IMG/VR virus record: IMGVR_UViG_3300033153_008400
Location: 32,001-96,000 of that record
Strand: one strand, 5' to 3'
Length of the DNA: 64,000 nt
DNA from: a virus
The position numbers and the translations under genes are program-made. How positions within the stretch are numbered: the stretch's first letter is position 1; each line of letters opens with the position of its first letter. Shown one piece after another: positions 43,801 through 50,565 of this stretch. The notes under the pieces are model-generated. The model did no database searches, had not been told where the DNA came from, and saw nothing but the letters and a program-made list of their open reading frames with translations.

Positions 43801-46800
43801 TCAAAGAGATGTGGAATAGTCTCTTGAGATATATACGTGGAGTATATAGAGTATCAACAATAGATATTTTCAAAGAGACAGGTGAAATGATAGTAGAAGG
43901 TAACATTGGCACCGTAGATGACATTGTCTCCACAGGGGTATTTTCGCAAATGGCTACTGAAAACCAACCATTAAATGATTTATATAAAAGGCTCTTAGAA
44001 GAAGACAATCGATTAACATTATATGAGGAGAATGAGATACCAGGAAAGAAAAGACATTATACTTATGTTGATCCTATTACTGGAGAAACTGTAGATGTAG
44101 ATTTTAGTGTTACTGAGGATATCAAACTTCAAAAAGAAAAAACAGGAAAAACATTTGCTCCTAGATCTCCACAGAATAAAATGATTGATGCGTTCAAGAT
44201 GAAATGGGGTAATTCAGGTCATAAATATTTAGAGGCTTGGTTAAAGATCAATTTAATAGATAAGGAAACAGGCTTTGCTAAGTCTATTCCTGGTACTGAT
44301 CCAGTAGATAATTTTGGTTTAGAAGATGAAGTAACCCAAGAATTAGAAAATTTTATTAAACAATTAGTAGATTCTTATCCTAAAGGAACTAAGTTCTTAG
44401 CAGAACCTATGGTAATTAATAAACAAAATCGTAATAGAACATTAGCATCTGCTATTGATTTTGTAGCATTAATTCCTGTTGAAAGGAACAATAAACCTGA
44501 TGTTAAGATAGAAATGCTGGATTGGAAGTTTACTACAATACTTGAGTCGGACAAAGTTCCTGATATACCTTGGTACAGTCAAAGTACTTGGAAATCTCAA
44601 ATGGGTGAGTATACTAAGATGTTGAGAGGTTATGGTATGAAAAATTATCAATTACAAAAGGCTAGGATGATTCCTTTTATAATGACATATGGTGAAGATA
44701 TTCCTGGTAGCCCATGGAGAGGACTATATGCTTCTCAAGTAGAGATAGGTGATGTAAATAGTTTGAAAGAAACTAATATTTACTTATTGCCTGTTCCTGT
44801 TAATATAGAGCCAACAGGTATAGCTGTTGTAGATAAATTACTATTTGAATTAAATGCATATTATCAAAGAAATTATGCATATGATGGTAAGTTAAATGCT
44901 GATGAGCAAAAGGAAAAAGAAAAAAAATTAAATAATTTAAAAGTAGCTATTAGGAGATTGCATGTAGCTAGAGATTTTAAACCACTTGTAGGTGTAGCAC
45001 AAAATTTTGTGAAAGCTGCTCAAACAGTTTTTGATAAGTTTGATGTAATGGATTATGCAACTGAAGATCCTAAAGTAATTTCAACTTTATTACATGAATT
45101 ATCTACATTGAAAAGAGACTCTTTTAGATTTGAAGGAATAAACAGAATATTTTTAGAAACTTATAAAGATAAAGAATTTGATAAAGAAGAAAATAAAATC
45201 CTACAAGATTTAGGAGATGTTTCTGTAGAAATAGAGAAAATGCTAGTCAAAATTGTTGAACATCAGAATGAACGTGCTAAATATATCAATTTAAATTTAT
45301 CATATACTACTGAAGAAGAAGGAGATAGTATTTTAACTCCATCAAGAGAGTTAAAAAGAATGGCAAAATTATTTAAGGAAGGTAGTAAACTTTCTAATAA
45401 ACGTGCAAATGCTATAGCTGCTATAGTGCTTCAGGGAAAAAATGAAGTAGAGTTGAGATTTAATAAAGAGATGTTTAAGTTTAACAGAATCTTTAAAAAA
45501 TTATATGCTCAGGCAAATAGCAGAGGAGTGTCTTCGTTCAGTTTGATAGGTAAGATTGGTAAAGCAGGTGATACAAAAGAAGGTGCTGAAGATACTTTAC
45601 AAATATATGATAAAGTTAAACCTAACTTTATGAAAGATCTTCAACGGGCTAGAACAGATAGGGATAAAACTTTTATTACGACACACATTGATATGAAAGC
45701 GCATAATAAATATATCAATGCTGAAATGAAGAAACAAGAAGCAGAATTGAATGCTCATGTATTCAATCCAAATGATGAAGCAGATAATGATATATCTAAA
45801 ACTGTGGCAATAGATAAAATGAGAAATTCATTAGATATCTACAGGACTACTTTTAATGGATGGAATTCTCATCATTTTTTAGAGTCAATGTTTGCTAATG
45901 TAAAAGAAAATGATCCTGAATATCAAACTCAGGAATATAAGGATATGGCTAAGAACCAAGTTGCTTTAGATGCTTGGAATTATGTCAGAGAATGGGGTGA
46001 CAGAGCTAAAGTTAATGGACATATTCCTCAATGGAAAGATGCATTTTTCCCATTAATTGAGGCTGATTCTATGGCAAAGTTTATGCAGAGTAAGAAAGGA
46101 ACCATAGCCAATATTAAGGAATATTTCTTAGATGCTATAACAGGTAGAATAGATGAAAGTAAAGGATATACTAATATTGATCCTGAAACAGGAGAAGCTA
46201 GAGAAAGTATTCCAGTATATTTTACAAGATCTAACAAAGATGTAGAATATATGACCCAGGATATTAGTAAAGCTGTTCCTATGTGGGTTCATTCTATCTT
46301 GGATTTTGAAGCTAGTTTAGCAATGGAAGCTGATCTTAATCTAATGGTAGATGTAGAAGAAAATATAGGTGTGTTTATTGTAGATGCCAGAAGAAAAATT
46401 CAGAGAGTAGCTGGAGAACCACAAGTTACTAAGAGTAAGAATGCAAATATTGCTGTATTAAGAGGACAGGTAAGTGATGCTATTTATGGTCAAAGAGAAG
46501 ATGTAGATGAATTAGGTAATGTAGAAATTACTGCTTTAGCTGCAAGACTTACTAAAATATTTGGTGGATCGGAAGAACAGATGGATCAAATAGCTACTGA
46601 GATCAGAATTAAAAAGATTTTAGAAGGAGCTAATAATTGGGTAAGGAATTTAGGTGTAGGTTTAAAACCTGCTATTGCTATAGCAAATGCAGCAGGACAA
46701 ACAATGTTATCCTATATATACAAAAGTGGTGTTTACAGAGGTAGAGAATATGCAAAGAATACTACTAAGGTAATGTCCAATAATCTTTCTACTAAGGAAA

Positions 46801-48035
46801 GAGGGCTCTTGCATTTTATATCTGCTTTCTCTGAAAATAATCTTATATTACAAAGACGTTTAGCTAAGAATGGTTTTATGTCATATCTGAATACATGGTC
46901 TATGACAGATATCATACAATCTACTAACTCATATCCTGAAATAATACTTCAGAGAATAAATGGTTTGAGTATGATGGAGAATACGATTGTTGTTGATGGT
47001 AAATTATTAAATGTTCGAGAGGTAGTATTAGCAGAAGACAGAGCAACAAAAGAAAAAGGTATTTCACAAGCGGCCCGTCGTGCATTAAATGATTCTTATG
47101 AAGATAGAGTAGCTGCACGTAAAGTTAGTGAAACACAATTAATAGAAGTAGTAGAAGTAAGTGAAAAGGGTGTAGAATTTCCTGGAGTATCTATAGAAGA
47201 ACTCGCTAAATTAAGAGTGAGAATAATGGAATATTCAAGAAAGTTGAATGGACAGATGGATGAAAATGATAAAGCTGCTTATAGAAGAAGTATTATCATG
47301 AATAGTTTTATGATGTTCAAACATTGGGTTCCTAAGTTACTTGAAGGCAGATTTCATGGGATTCATAAAAATTTACAATCTGATAATTGGGAATATGGTA
47401 GATCAAGATTGATGGCTAAAACGTTGCTTAAATTAGCAAGTACCAGTATTTTAAAAATGTCTGATTTAATACATCAAACAGATGAAGGGAAGAAGATAAT
47501 GGATCAAATGCTGGAAGAAAAAATGATTGCTCATTTTGATAAAACTGGACAAGTTTTACAGATTACGAGAGAAGAATGGTATGATTTAATGAGGCAAGAG
47601 TTATCTCGACAAATGAGAGAACTTCAGATGGTATTAATGGTATTTACAATATTGATGAGTATAAAGGCTGCAGAGCCACCAGAAAATATTAGTGCTGGAG
47701 ATAGAAGTAGATTTAATTATTTATTAAGAGTACTTAATAAAGTAACAGATGAGATATTATTCTTCTATAATCCAACATCATTTGAAGGTATGACTACTGG
47801 TAGTATAATGCCTGCAGTAACACTATTATCAAAGGCAGGGAAAATATTGAATGCAATTAGAAAAGCAACAGTTGCTGAAACTGAAAAAGAAAGGGAGAAT
47901 GCGAATGTTGCTAAACATATTTTGAATATAGTACCAATAGGATATCAAGTATCAAAAACATTCATACCATTAATAGATGCTGAATTGGCTAAAGATATGG
48001 GTAATAGAATTTCACCAGAAACAAATAGAAGATAA
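28818..48035 (+). CDS. Giant virion RNA polymerase polyprotein (crAss-type double-psi-barrel RNAP) with zincin-like, DUF4326-like and PD-(D/E)xK domains
   Basis: 6405 aa; catalytic GSDYDIDK at 39720-39743 preceded by FRTPTQ; ETDGAG at ~38205; HEVFH zincin at 35370-35384 with downstream EEIAEEF; IDFV...MLDWK...QMGEY nuclease at ~44050-44690. Confidence 0.9.
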   Translation: MSNGKPNTITGSKSRRGENFINRKATVPNLPSTPTLPIVEPYNTGAPGVMTARDIWNQRLATGSYNKIAPLNTKEIYSGPRYNETIPGTDYEEMHAQQQSNWGKWSNATAKMIGTASTTFVTGTAGLLYGMGSALINLKLSNVVDNSVTRAMDDISRGMDDSLPNYYTQKETEAKWWSPDNIMTANFWSDKVLKNLGFSVGSMAGGMAWGALFRSIGMTNQLVRWGKGNDLATAVEKRLAVAPASARYPAFQSALNKTWTTAKMPMAAVAKNSDRILTSIMATAGEATIEGLQAMHTLRESLLDEFKLSHGRMPSGLELNAINETVQTAGLYIYGMNGLILTATNYIQLGKIIGSSRKADKALINSIRRNADTRLWEAALPKTIAGKVLGVAKHIGRLSFAPVEALEEGLQHAATTGVEDYFSRAYKNKNETNDLLRAVDDNMLNVYSNVYLHGLHETLNTKEGLESMLIGALSGGLQQMGLFGSYRDEKGKIKYGVGKSGEIGEYGLFGRGGTRGINTKRAVEELNLKQVEDVIKDGVNYMGVGIGSQKLRQQAIENDDILAEKDAEEDYALSYLMPRIKYGKLESVIEELTNYKTQAMSTTGYSELVTAGLANQNETADEFIQRIDNLLESANKTDKMYSLLNDRYENARSEDGTIAYTPEVIDKMVYAAAKIENYDKRIEEVQTALLSSGVDLTLIDEIIKNKDAIPTDAQWEEVSKTADNVKITEQETFSTNLLDYGELLLRRKKFAQEYETIKDAPYNYRAVVGALPPEESEEIKSTKENSITVPVTTGGEKTYNIDDTYYLGNVLADQIVSGADLSAPQMKILSMNEDGTIKIMTQNGKELDITAGELEQLKLGSVNKALKDNKKGEFYFDNWNTPFTFNFGDNGGFKKGRIIYNENDDKMHFVYVDASGNTRDIEVTNDQFGPKGENEAQIQREEGVNDFQGGVEARFLAAKDERKDKKHEDRLKVLGEFAEEMMVRQAELTKVINKRQENVARTKKILGLLQEDLLKNKDKRTKDAYTIAGQKILTNIKRTEKDLEALEKVERESSEELNDITATLVYVEDLIENIDTRATDYVNFIAEIKVDKVNLEELHKEVTTGIKDLKTLIQEVKDFIQTSKDVLNDLLLQLSGAFPNISSEGVFLDDIVTVEDYFTDLAPLIGGTESEESLAFAGVTLTGIQPKKAQLTKMEKELSNAKKALDKYDDGIIARGKVLAKFGERLIEWERAKEEEAILGTSSEISSDILDSQSKSSFENDHYKEGFEYKKLKAKNLVVTGGIAPEGSDGKPVGVYAKRAQAFGNIFHRLVQNGKEFRGRVVTIANEKHIMKGLTKHLAQPGTDPRFTIVLVVTNKKGVPVDEKGIPITDESKLLDEGIYQTFPDPKLRNSYGSLFRADVKFKERERITKIYEKWVEKTLGQSKLQPLQDISASFGLVDYIQKTDSKGKILPEATSMARSSINASGLITNIELGSGDVIKVATNNDTLTRGTVEISAPLGHVFLEAPGGYVKLYNQKNSEKQSELIYNVLLQVTKNILRDKHGKEADTQRLFEWLRSVVYWGQPMNFQTGERKEPSDGSVYYEVIGQGEGVASERKLRIGKTSRFDFTPTSLKDNKDAIIALLQNVWGNTHAPGVAKDMYDVAYHEITAVNKDGTTEGITWNSYQQFLLADIYPDGSPRNLDSIPLKTKVRPLVGKEDTNRHAIYFYLEDSSEYMQDAPVESIVKKTVPGKKEVSTPKYIFDGVVENIINLGTLGEAKVTLNLDEAVQEFHRREGKVFSSLEETQQFTFALLSKHIITIGLGTDVEANLVEAGGATDSSAQSNAQMLVVEMLSSQITEAANRTAAKSEPVPTLKSSITSVEDLIQDINDAFIYINSGKYKGDRKNEMTSVGDKLVKIFLTGLRKEGLVKAGTRRAPRADGSYDTMTINEDLKGKNIGNDWSAAKHFKEKLRTFFDTEIAELKSSTKITETTVRTEDKKWKLDGSPEVMTVGESKVTFTLKDQAVIDALRDDSEILEDEIKRLKLITGLIRGGHLVITPTQAALDNGEKLLGSTDALITMLANTILQEVAPQIKKNWFLADTDKGSENYSDAEWEEIQARFNPEGETSSRTEEDDYTRIIAERHLEPFKETNWEKEAEWMKKNFPLIPINVLKNVIQATNGRQAWGLYRQGAVYIYKHAEAGTIYHEVFHAVWDMSLSLREKRQIAEEFRNRKGSYTDRFTFKVIKYSEATDYQMGEEIAEEFRDRVLYGKKPTRKPRSLMRRAFEGIINFFNDLLFGKDAFTNTNKLFDKMGNGDYAAFIPHEDVLRKAGESQILHIEGITVRKGDQLRPLITRLEGINAVQEHEIYQHMTFVAVNKMFATDDGLFAMKDRLKITNLYQDLKRNLLGENGIINRKQIDYSQITIKNPKQQEQVTKKIKDLDDLKIAINENWDVIKKRHMDSLAPYEITFDEEENLIVEDETIVKADSMDGNKIDSYRKSSGAIKLLFATLADFEKVPGENRTRLKTSSIGGATFEQSDKIYITLKNNLHDSTGLNDMLERLKELANNEETGYHYAKLYTRITKQDISDTNKNTVNIDKMSNSAIMLLGGFWKVIKGQNPDVPIIFILQGGEVVIGNTELSNASKQIRYEMSQNIIAHIREDAEGNEKLYKINSLGLYNPTTALKNVKLNSSKPAEYIRFLQAFGINFKLKEFNKFLPDQKATFREATEGLLSDLSTRKDIYSWSEKAINSTQNLLKLGALRAVMDNPVFESTYFSIAGERTQKFIGPNATSDLFHTLSQITNKQDLRSTRYSHLLDDVFTQGSVVMQKLFNGNERKRNTKDIFKTVYVGGTINEENNRRTRSSRLYYRDRLIQEMSLNLEGIYANLVPGDSELEWAIKMHSKKSPFITPSSVSRKEYQKIFRDYFIDEVNLSRDNRIVAKGRSARDLRFFKDILDAYNSKAHATILDYSHKISAEEIYEEHKSGIKAAVEAFITNDAEETMTLLKDYKIIQKIPGEAEIYKHTLSLKDKELSFTEMELQIKSLTVNYMIANIEQHKILYSDPYQYSDELKRIKNFNSPRQALMHSSKDLYKAINKVYNKGYKAEDLGYSNMDRSSFRTVTLQDIWSIIDPKLAKQYPGYTDYKNKEGWQETDGAGMITMKAYRFFRILAGDWLPNNEAQYRWDIQYQEKVMEINDATGTEKSRLNEKFRAFKAARKVHDQSTYTPIKPIVSGNKGNGRNYNDSVLDKYALFPMPFRVFHMMEPNSNILEFTEKMRREKIDYAIYETGRKVGVEETYPVYVKGALNTAPFQPQEEIDRVAENNPEDRVKRFVTNIPFSIMSLQTEVPSKKDGKVIQGSQITKLVTLDFMNGGVPIDFNPVDKDGNSIVTEDKDGKDTTDYDALSVAWVELETEAAKKEASLLYKEIQHNKRLLQERIQLGYENLLRKLGIIEDEDEDGNKTYTVFDKEKLIGTIEKEIFKQQKNNNLVVAFQEVREGKALIEATPVYQQIRNVLYSLANGNVVRPKISGGSKIQMPSTLFEVGARIEKFVHDGKTYLHSDVLNFYEEGKVAEIFVARWDNSPLSDEQLLNSWYKLDENDNRTSELTKEGERALKGIAFRTPTQKQNSIESYVIKKFLPRSYGDSVVIPSAIVRKTGSDYDIDKLSVYLKNLIWDGKRLFSVPFQGFQSELDAKREFKKIFHRLMENRISKVEGKKAKVISLKAMFTKIANGTAEFEEFEEFTPIISTLLENNNISLKDTEAINEYFDQRLGNGIARINTLTVKQFEEDAAQKFADKLYSQSIENEYIESLQRLVMHPKNYHNLIKPNSAQIMRDLTDHINEKFRRTKIDYHSAGFMLSRKKMSGLRQAFVGGKRAIGIAAVGATNNSNNQLADTYTDTNLIGTNIISDEDEFWLNGMKITKIADDTDADVKFLEYNKKMVDGRPMASLSRAKNSAGEYISDIIGMFIDGYVDISAGPWIMQMGATPETAGTWLYLLKIGVPKETVAYFMNQPIITELLFDLEIEGKSWLYNRNRIFDLLKLYAGSKANIAMIPSERGLDTMMGKKRGELSLLQKTQQQFILKEFLKYSKQADHLFLVTQGTNFDTATLNDPFLIFKKSRLFKMAQKTVISSAQKILDTSFLGYLKDTMDKIRGAYSVILLSDKNDPNKAITPRKVLERVLLPYIRMSDREFVGLSQKVVADFFDWAMQTDRSIKSSFNSLIVEILLGTDTERSAAKQIIQFKEDIFGREADANKGILAIAPKENHPLYNNMILKSFVLVPGARKNVPDNLIIKAKDNKVYDQNQTINSFEEIKDYLSSLKGSNSKYAGLYEKMVRLAVIQSGLSTSPISFSKLLPYEDFKEIYNHTLLNLEANPTIENYASLNVFERSNWNKGKWISTITRKVDYDEHDTRIVRTEDNVDYRLSSAEDKFEIPKVVFISEGNPNASEVIVYKWSIPITQDERIKRSKTGNTSHLKSQLMRKVYYDRGVEPIPLIQVHDEFNPYTGRNISYRGFVYVAINAWGDSFRGREFYNSVDGTNVKATVLDNGFEKVIEDQDIVGNKISSGEVTDEKVIEILSRKMLVAGNRVTSEDTKITPSSIYETLGDKTASRNVVIENVFQATGVKFAKSIGGIFSMRLKGSDKHFGNPFSSTIKDKSLIATKSTRESVERYIDWIIRGTDTRAKWIRTQLETGDLKRRPIVYYKELGEPSHATALDYLINQKDWTEPKLTREESTELEELKAKRETLETNPEYIVLNSIPKITPASAKKETGGKVGINQDINPSWLSKAGVTIEKAAENIYADNFSESNEYSEQDIRNYIIGALLKSKVEAKREIFDEKRLDELLNPGNKEDILSQTDDMNVSVATSNTIERMKAAAASMGINLTSLLNYAKDNPDVDVTNVNGIADLTQGIIAIAEGKEDVAITEELIHIGSAIVEANDPKRITALISKIADFKIYKTVLDAYKGKKAYQLPNGKPDIRKIKKEAIDKLMAEVVVNGANGSTDFPELSDLTVVGRIKEMWNSLLRYIRGVYRVSTIDIFKETGEMIVEGNIGTVDDIVSTGVFSQMATENQPLNDLYKRLLEEDNRLTLYEENEIPGKKRHYTYVDPITGETVDVDFSVTEDIKLQKEKTGKTFAPRSPQNKMIDAFKMKWGNSGHKYLEAWLKINLIDKETGFAKSIPGTDPVDNFGLEDEVTQELENFIKQLVDSYPKGTKFLAEPMVINKQNRNRTLASAIDFVALIPVERNNKPDVKIEMLDWKFTTILESDKVPDIPWYSQSTWKSQMGEYTKMLRGYGMKNYQLQKARMIPFIMTYGEDIPGSPWRGLYASQVEIGDVNSLKETNIYLLPVPVNIEPTGIAVVDKLLFELNAYYQRNYAYDGKLNADEQKEKEKKLNNLKVAIRRLHVARDFKPLVGVAQNFVKAAQTVFDKFDVMDYATEDPKVISTLLHELSTLKRDSFRFEGINRIFLETYKDKEFDKEENKILQDLGDVSVEIEKMLVKIVEHQNERAKYINLNLSYTTEEEGDSILTPSRELKRMAKLFKEGSKLSNKRANAIAAIVLQGKNEVELRFNKEMFKFNRIFKKLYAQANSRGVSSFSLIGKIGKAGDTKEGAEDTLQIYDKVKPNFMKDLQRARTDRDKTFITTHIDMKAHNKYINAEMKKQEAELNAHVFNPNDEADNDISKTVAIDKMRNSLDIYRTTFNGWNSHHFLESMFANVKENDPEYQTQEYKDMAKNQVALDAWNYVREWGDRAKVNGHIPQWKDAFFPLIEADSMAKFMQSKKGTIANIKEYFLDAITGRIDESKGYTNIDPETGEARESIPVYFTRSNKDVEYMTQDISKAVPMWVHSILDFEASLAMEADLNLMVDVEENIGVFIVDARRKIQRVAGEPQVTKSKNANIAVLRGQVSDAIYGQREDVDELGNVEITALAARLTKIFGGSEEQMDQIATEIRIKKILEGANNWVRNLGVGLKPAIAIANAAGQTMLSYIYKSGVYRGREYAKNTTKVMSNNLSTKERGLLHFISAFSENNLILQRRLAKNGFMSYLNTWSMTDIIQSTNSYPEIILQRINGLSMMENTIVVDGKLLNVREVVLAEDRATKEKGISQAARRALNDSYEDRVAARKVSETQLIEVVEVSEKGVEFPGVSIEELAKLRVRIMEYSRKLNGQMDENDKAAYRRSIIMNSFMMFKHWVPKLLEGRFHGIHKNLQSDNWEYGRSRLMAKTLLKLASTSILKMSDLIHQTDEGKKIMDQMLEEKMIAHFDKTGQVLQITREEWYDLMRQELSRQMRELQMVLMVFTILMSIKAAEPPENISAGDRSRFNYLLRVLNKVTDEILFFYNPTSFEGMTTGSIMPAVTLLSKAGKILNAIRKATVAETEKERENANVAKHILNIVPIGYQVSKTFIPLIDAELAKDMGNRISPETNRR

Positions 48036-48065
48036 AAATTATTTGTAACTTACACATTGGAAACT

Positions 48066-48127
48066 AAATACCTTATTTTAGCCTTATCAGATGAAGGATA
48101 ATGCTATAATAGGGTGTTTTATTTATA
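48066..48127 (+). terminator. Long hairpin / probable terminator after the vRNAP gene
   Basis: aaataccttattttagc pairs with gctataatagggtgttt (two G-U pairs and one mismatch on the + strand), inner ttatc/gataa stem, T-rich tail. Confidence 0.6.
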
Positions 48128-48157
48128 AGAAAAAAAGAATTAATATTATATAAAGAT

Positions 48158-48724
48158 ATGAGTTATACACCACCACCACATTATCTTTTTGGAGTTACTT
48201 ATGTAGAGCAAGGGACTGTGACAGAGACTACTACTGTGGTAACAACTTGCCCCTTAGGAGTAACCTTCCCTGATGCAGGTGTTATAATAGAACCATCTAC
48301 CCCAACACCTTTATATCTTATAGGGCCTACAACAGCCTATATAGGAGTTTCGGTGGAAAGTAGCAATTGTGAAGCAGCACCAGTACCGTTGCCACCAGAG
48401 GCATGTCCAGTAATATTAAGTACGAATTGTGTATTTTATGGTGGAAGTACATTGCCTAATACAAATATACAAGCACATGATTCTCTTACAGAGATATTAG
48501 AAAAGATAGACATTGTAATAACTGGAGGTGATAAAACTTTTGTATTTACACAAGGATTGGTCTCAGCTATATGGACTATATTTCATGATATGGATAAATT
48601 TCCTTCAGTAGATGTACAAGATAATGGAGGAACTTGGCAAATAGGACAAGTAGATCATATAGATAATAAGAATTTAACAATAACATATTCATCAGGCTTC
48701 GCAGGAAAAGCCTATTTAAACTAA
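48158..48724 (+). CDS. Fibre-associated adaptor protein
   Basis: CPVILSTNCVFYGG...DSLTEILEKID module similar to the N-terminus of ORF 4394; C-terminal WTIFHDMDKFPSVDVQD...LTITYSSGFAGKAYL beta domain common in phage fibre proteins. Confidence 0.6.
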   Translation: MSYTPPPHYLFGVTYVEQGTVTETTTVVTTCPLGVTFPDAGVIIEPSTPTPLYLIGPTTAYIGVSVESSNCEAAPVPLPPEACPVILSTNCVFYGGSTLPNTNIQAHDSLTEILEKIDIVITGGDKTFVFTQGLVSAIWTIFHDMDKFPSVDVQDNGGTWQIGQVDHIDNKNLTITYSSGFAGKAYLN

Positions 48725-48729
48725 ATATT

Positions 48730-50556
48730 ATGGCACAACGAAGTTTTTTAGTAGATATAAATCTAAATCAGAATCAATTAGTATTACCAAGAATACATAA
48801 CTTGGCAAGTGCTCCAGGAACACCAGTTTCAGGGCAATTGTATTATGATACAGGAGATGATAATCTTTATGTATGGGATACTGTAGGATGGGTAGATCTT
48901 ACTAATCAAGGAGCAGGAGCTGCAAATCTATCCTTAGGTACAGTAACTGCAACCACTATGAATGTAGACTCTGATACAGGTACAAATGCTACACTTGTTG
49001 CAGCAAATACGACAGAGGCAGGGTTATTAAGTGCTGCTAAATGGAACGAGATTGTAGCTAATAGTTTAAAAGATACAAATGTTTCTACAAACTTAAGTTT
49101 AGGTACAGTAACAGCAACTACCATGGATGTTAATTCCTCTGATGGTACTAATGCTACTTTAGTAGCAGCGAATACCACAGAAGCAGGACTATTGAGTGCT
49201 GCTAAGTGGAATGAAATTGTAGCAAATTCTTTAAAGGATACAAATGTTTCTACAGATTTAGGGTATACATCTAGTTCAACAGATGGTACTGTAACAAGTT
49301 CAGATGGAACAGATGCTACTTTAATTTTAGCAACACCAGTAGCAGGCACTAATTTAGCTGGTCTCATGTCTCCTGGTGATAAAACAAAACTTGATGGTAT
49401 CACAGCAGGTGCAGAACCAGGTACCGTAACCAGTATTGGTGTCTCGGGAACTGATTTCGATATTACAAGTTCTCCTGTTACAACTTCAGGAACTATAGGA
49501 CTAACTATAAAAGCTGATGCAGTCACAAATGCTAAATTAGCTAATATGGCTGCTAATACTGTCAAGCTCAATGCTACAGGAGGTGCAGCAAATCCAACAG
49601 ACTTTGCTCTTACTACTAATACCGTATTAGGTAGAATTGCTAGTAATATTGTAGCTATAGTTATTGATAATGATTTAACTGCAGTAAGTGGTTCACACGA
49701 TACATTAGCTTCAGCATTATCTATTAAGACTTATGCTGATAATCTTTTAGGCGCCAATGATGCAATGATCTTCAAAGGAACTGTTGGCTCAGGAGGGACT
49801 CATGAGATCGCAGCTTTTAATGCCTTAGATACTTATGATATAGGATGGGCTTATAAAGTAATTACAGCAGGTACCATAAAAGGTATAATTTCCGAAGTAG
49901 GTGATATGTTTATTTCTACAGTAGATAGAACAGGTGGTTCTGGTGTTGATGCTGACTGGGTAGTTCTTCAGACTAATTTAGATGGAGTTGTAATAGGACC
50001 TGCATCTGCAGTTGCTGATAATGTTGTTTTCTTTGATGGAACATCAGGTAAACTTATTAAAGATAGTGGTGTAACCTTATCAGGATCAAATACTGGGGAT
50101 AACCCAGGTGTTACTTCTGTAACAGGAACTGCTAGTAGAATTTCATCAACAGGAGGAACAACCCCTGTAATAGATATTGATGCTGCTTATGTAGGACAAA
50201 CCAGTATTACTACTTTAGGTACAATTGGAACTGGTACATGGACTGGTAGTGTAATTGCAGAGGCCTATTTAGAAAATCAGAGTGGTACCAATACAGGTGA
50301 CCAGTCATTAGCTAGTTTAGGAGCAACAGGAAAATATGCAGCTTCATTTGGTAATGGTGCTTTGACAACATTTACTATTTCAGAAGCTACACACGGACTA
50401 GGAACTGATGGAGATTATATAGTTCAGGCGAGATTATTATCGACAGAGGAAGTAGAAGAAGTACAAGTTAGTATTAATACTAGTACAGGATTAATAACAA
50501 TAGATACTAATTCAGCTCCAGCTTCAAATGATTTGAGAATAATAGTAATTGGATAA
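48730..50556 (+). CDS. Tail/head fibre protein
   Basis: 608 aa, rich in G/T/A/S; AGLMSPGDKTKLDGI, GTVTSIGV, IKADAVTNAKLA, AMIFKGT and FDGTSGKLIKDSG are fibre-type motifs. Confidence 0.75.
   Translation: MAQRSFLVDINLNQNQLVLPRIHNLASAPGTPVSGQLYYDTGDDNLYVWDTVGWVDLTNQGAGAANLSLGTVTATTMNVDSDTGTNATLVAANTTEAGLLSAAKWNEIVANSLKDTNVSTNLSLGTVTATTMDVNSSDGTNATLVAANTTEAGLLSAAKWNEIVANSLKDTNVSTDLGYTSSSTDGTVTSSDGTDATLILATPVAGTNLAGLMSPGDKTKLDGITAGAEPGTVTSIGVSGTDFDITSSPVTTSGTIGLTIKADAVTNAKLANMAANTVKLNATGGAANPTDFALTTNTVLGRIASNIVAIVIDNDLTAVSGSHDTLASALSIKTYADNLLGANDAMIFKGTVGSGGTHEIAAFNALDTYDIGWAYKVITAGTIKGIISEVGDMFISTVDRTGGSGVDADWVVLQTNLDGVVIGPASAVADNVVFFDGTSGKLIKDSGVTLSGSNTGDNPGVTSVTGTASRISSTGGTTPVIDIDAAYVGQTSITTLGTIGTGTWTGSVIAEAYLENQSGTNTGDQSLASLGATGKYAASFGNGALTTFTISEATHGLGTDGDYIVQARLLSTEEVEEVQVSINTSTGLITIDTNSAPASNDLRIIVIG
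48925..49254 (+). repeat. 165-bp (55-aa) tandem duplication in the fibre gene
   Basis: NLSLGTVTATTM.V.S..GTNATLVAANTTEAGLLSAAKWNEIVANSLKDTNVST occurs twice (starts 48925 and 49090), followed by a degenerate third copy. Confidence 0.9.
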
Positions 50557-50565
50557 TATTAACCT

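Noticed and set aside
28818-48035. Introns or inteins in the vRNAP gene
   Set aside because: The ORF is uninterrupted and I saw no convincing intein termini or LAGLIDADG motifs. A profile search would be needed to exclude them fully.
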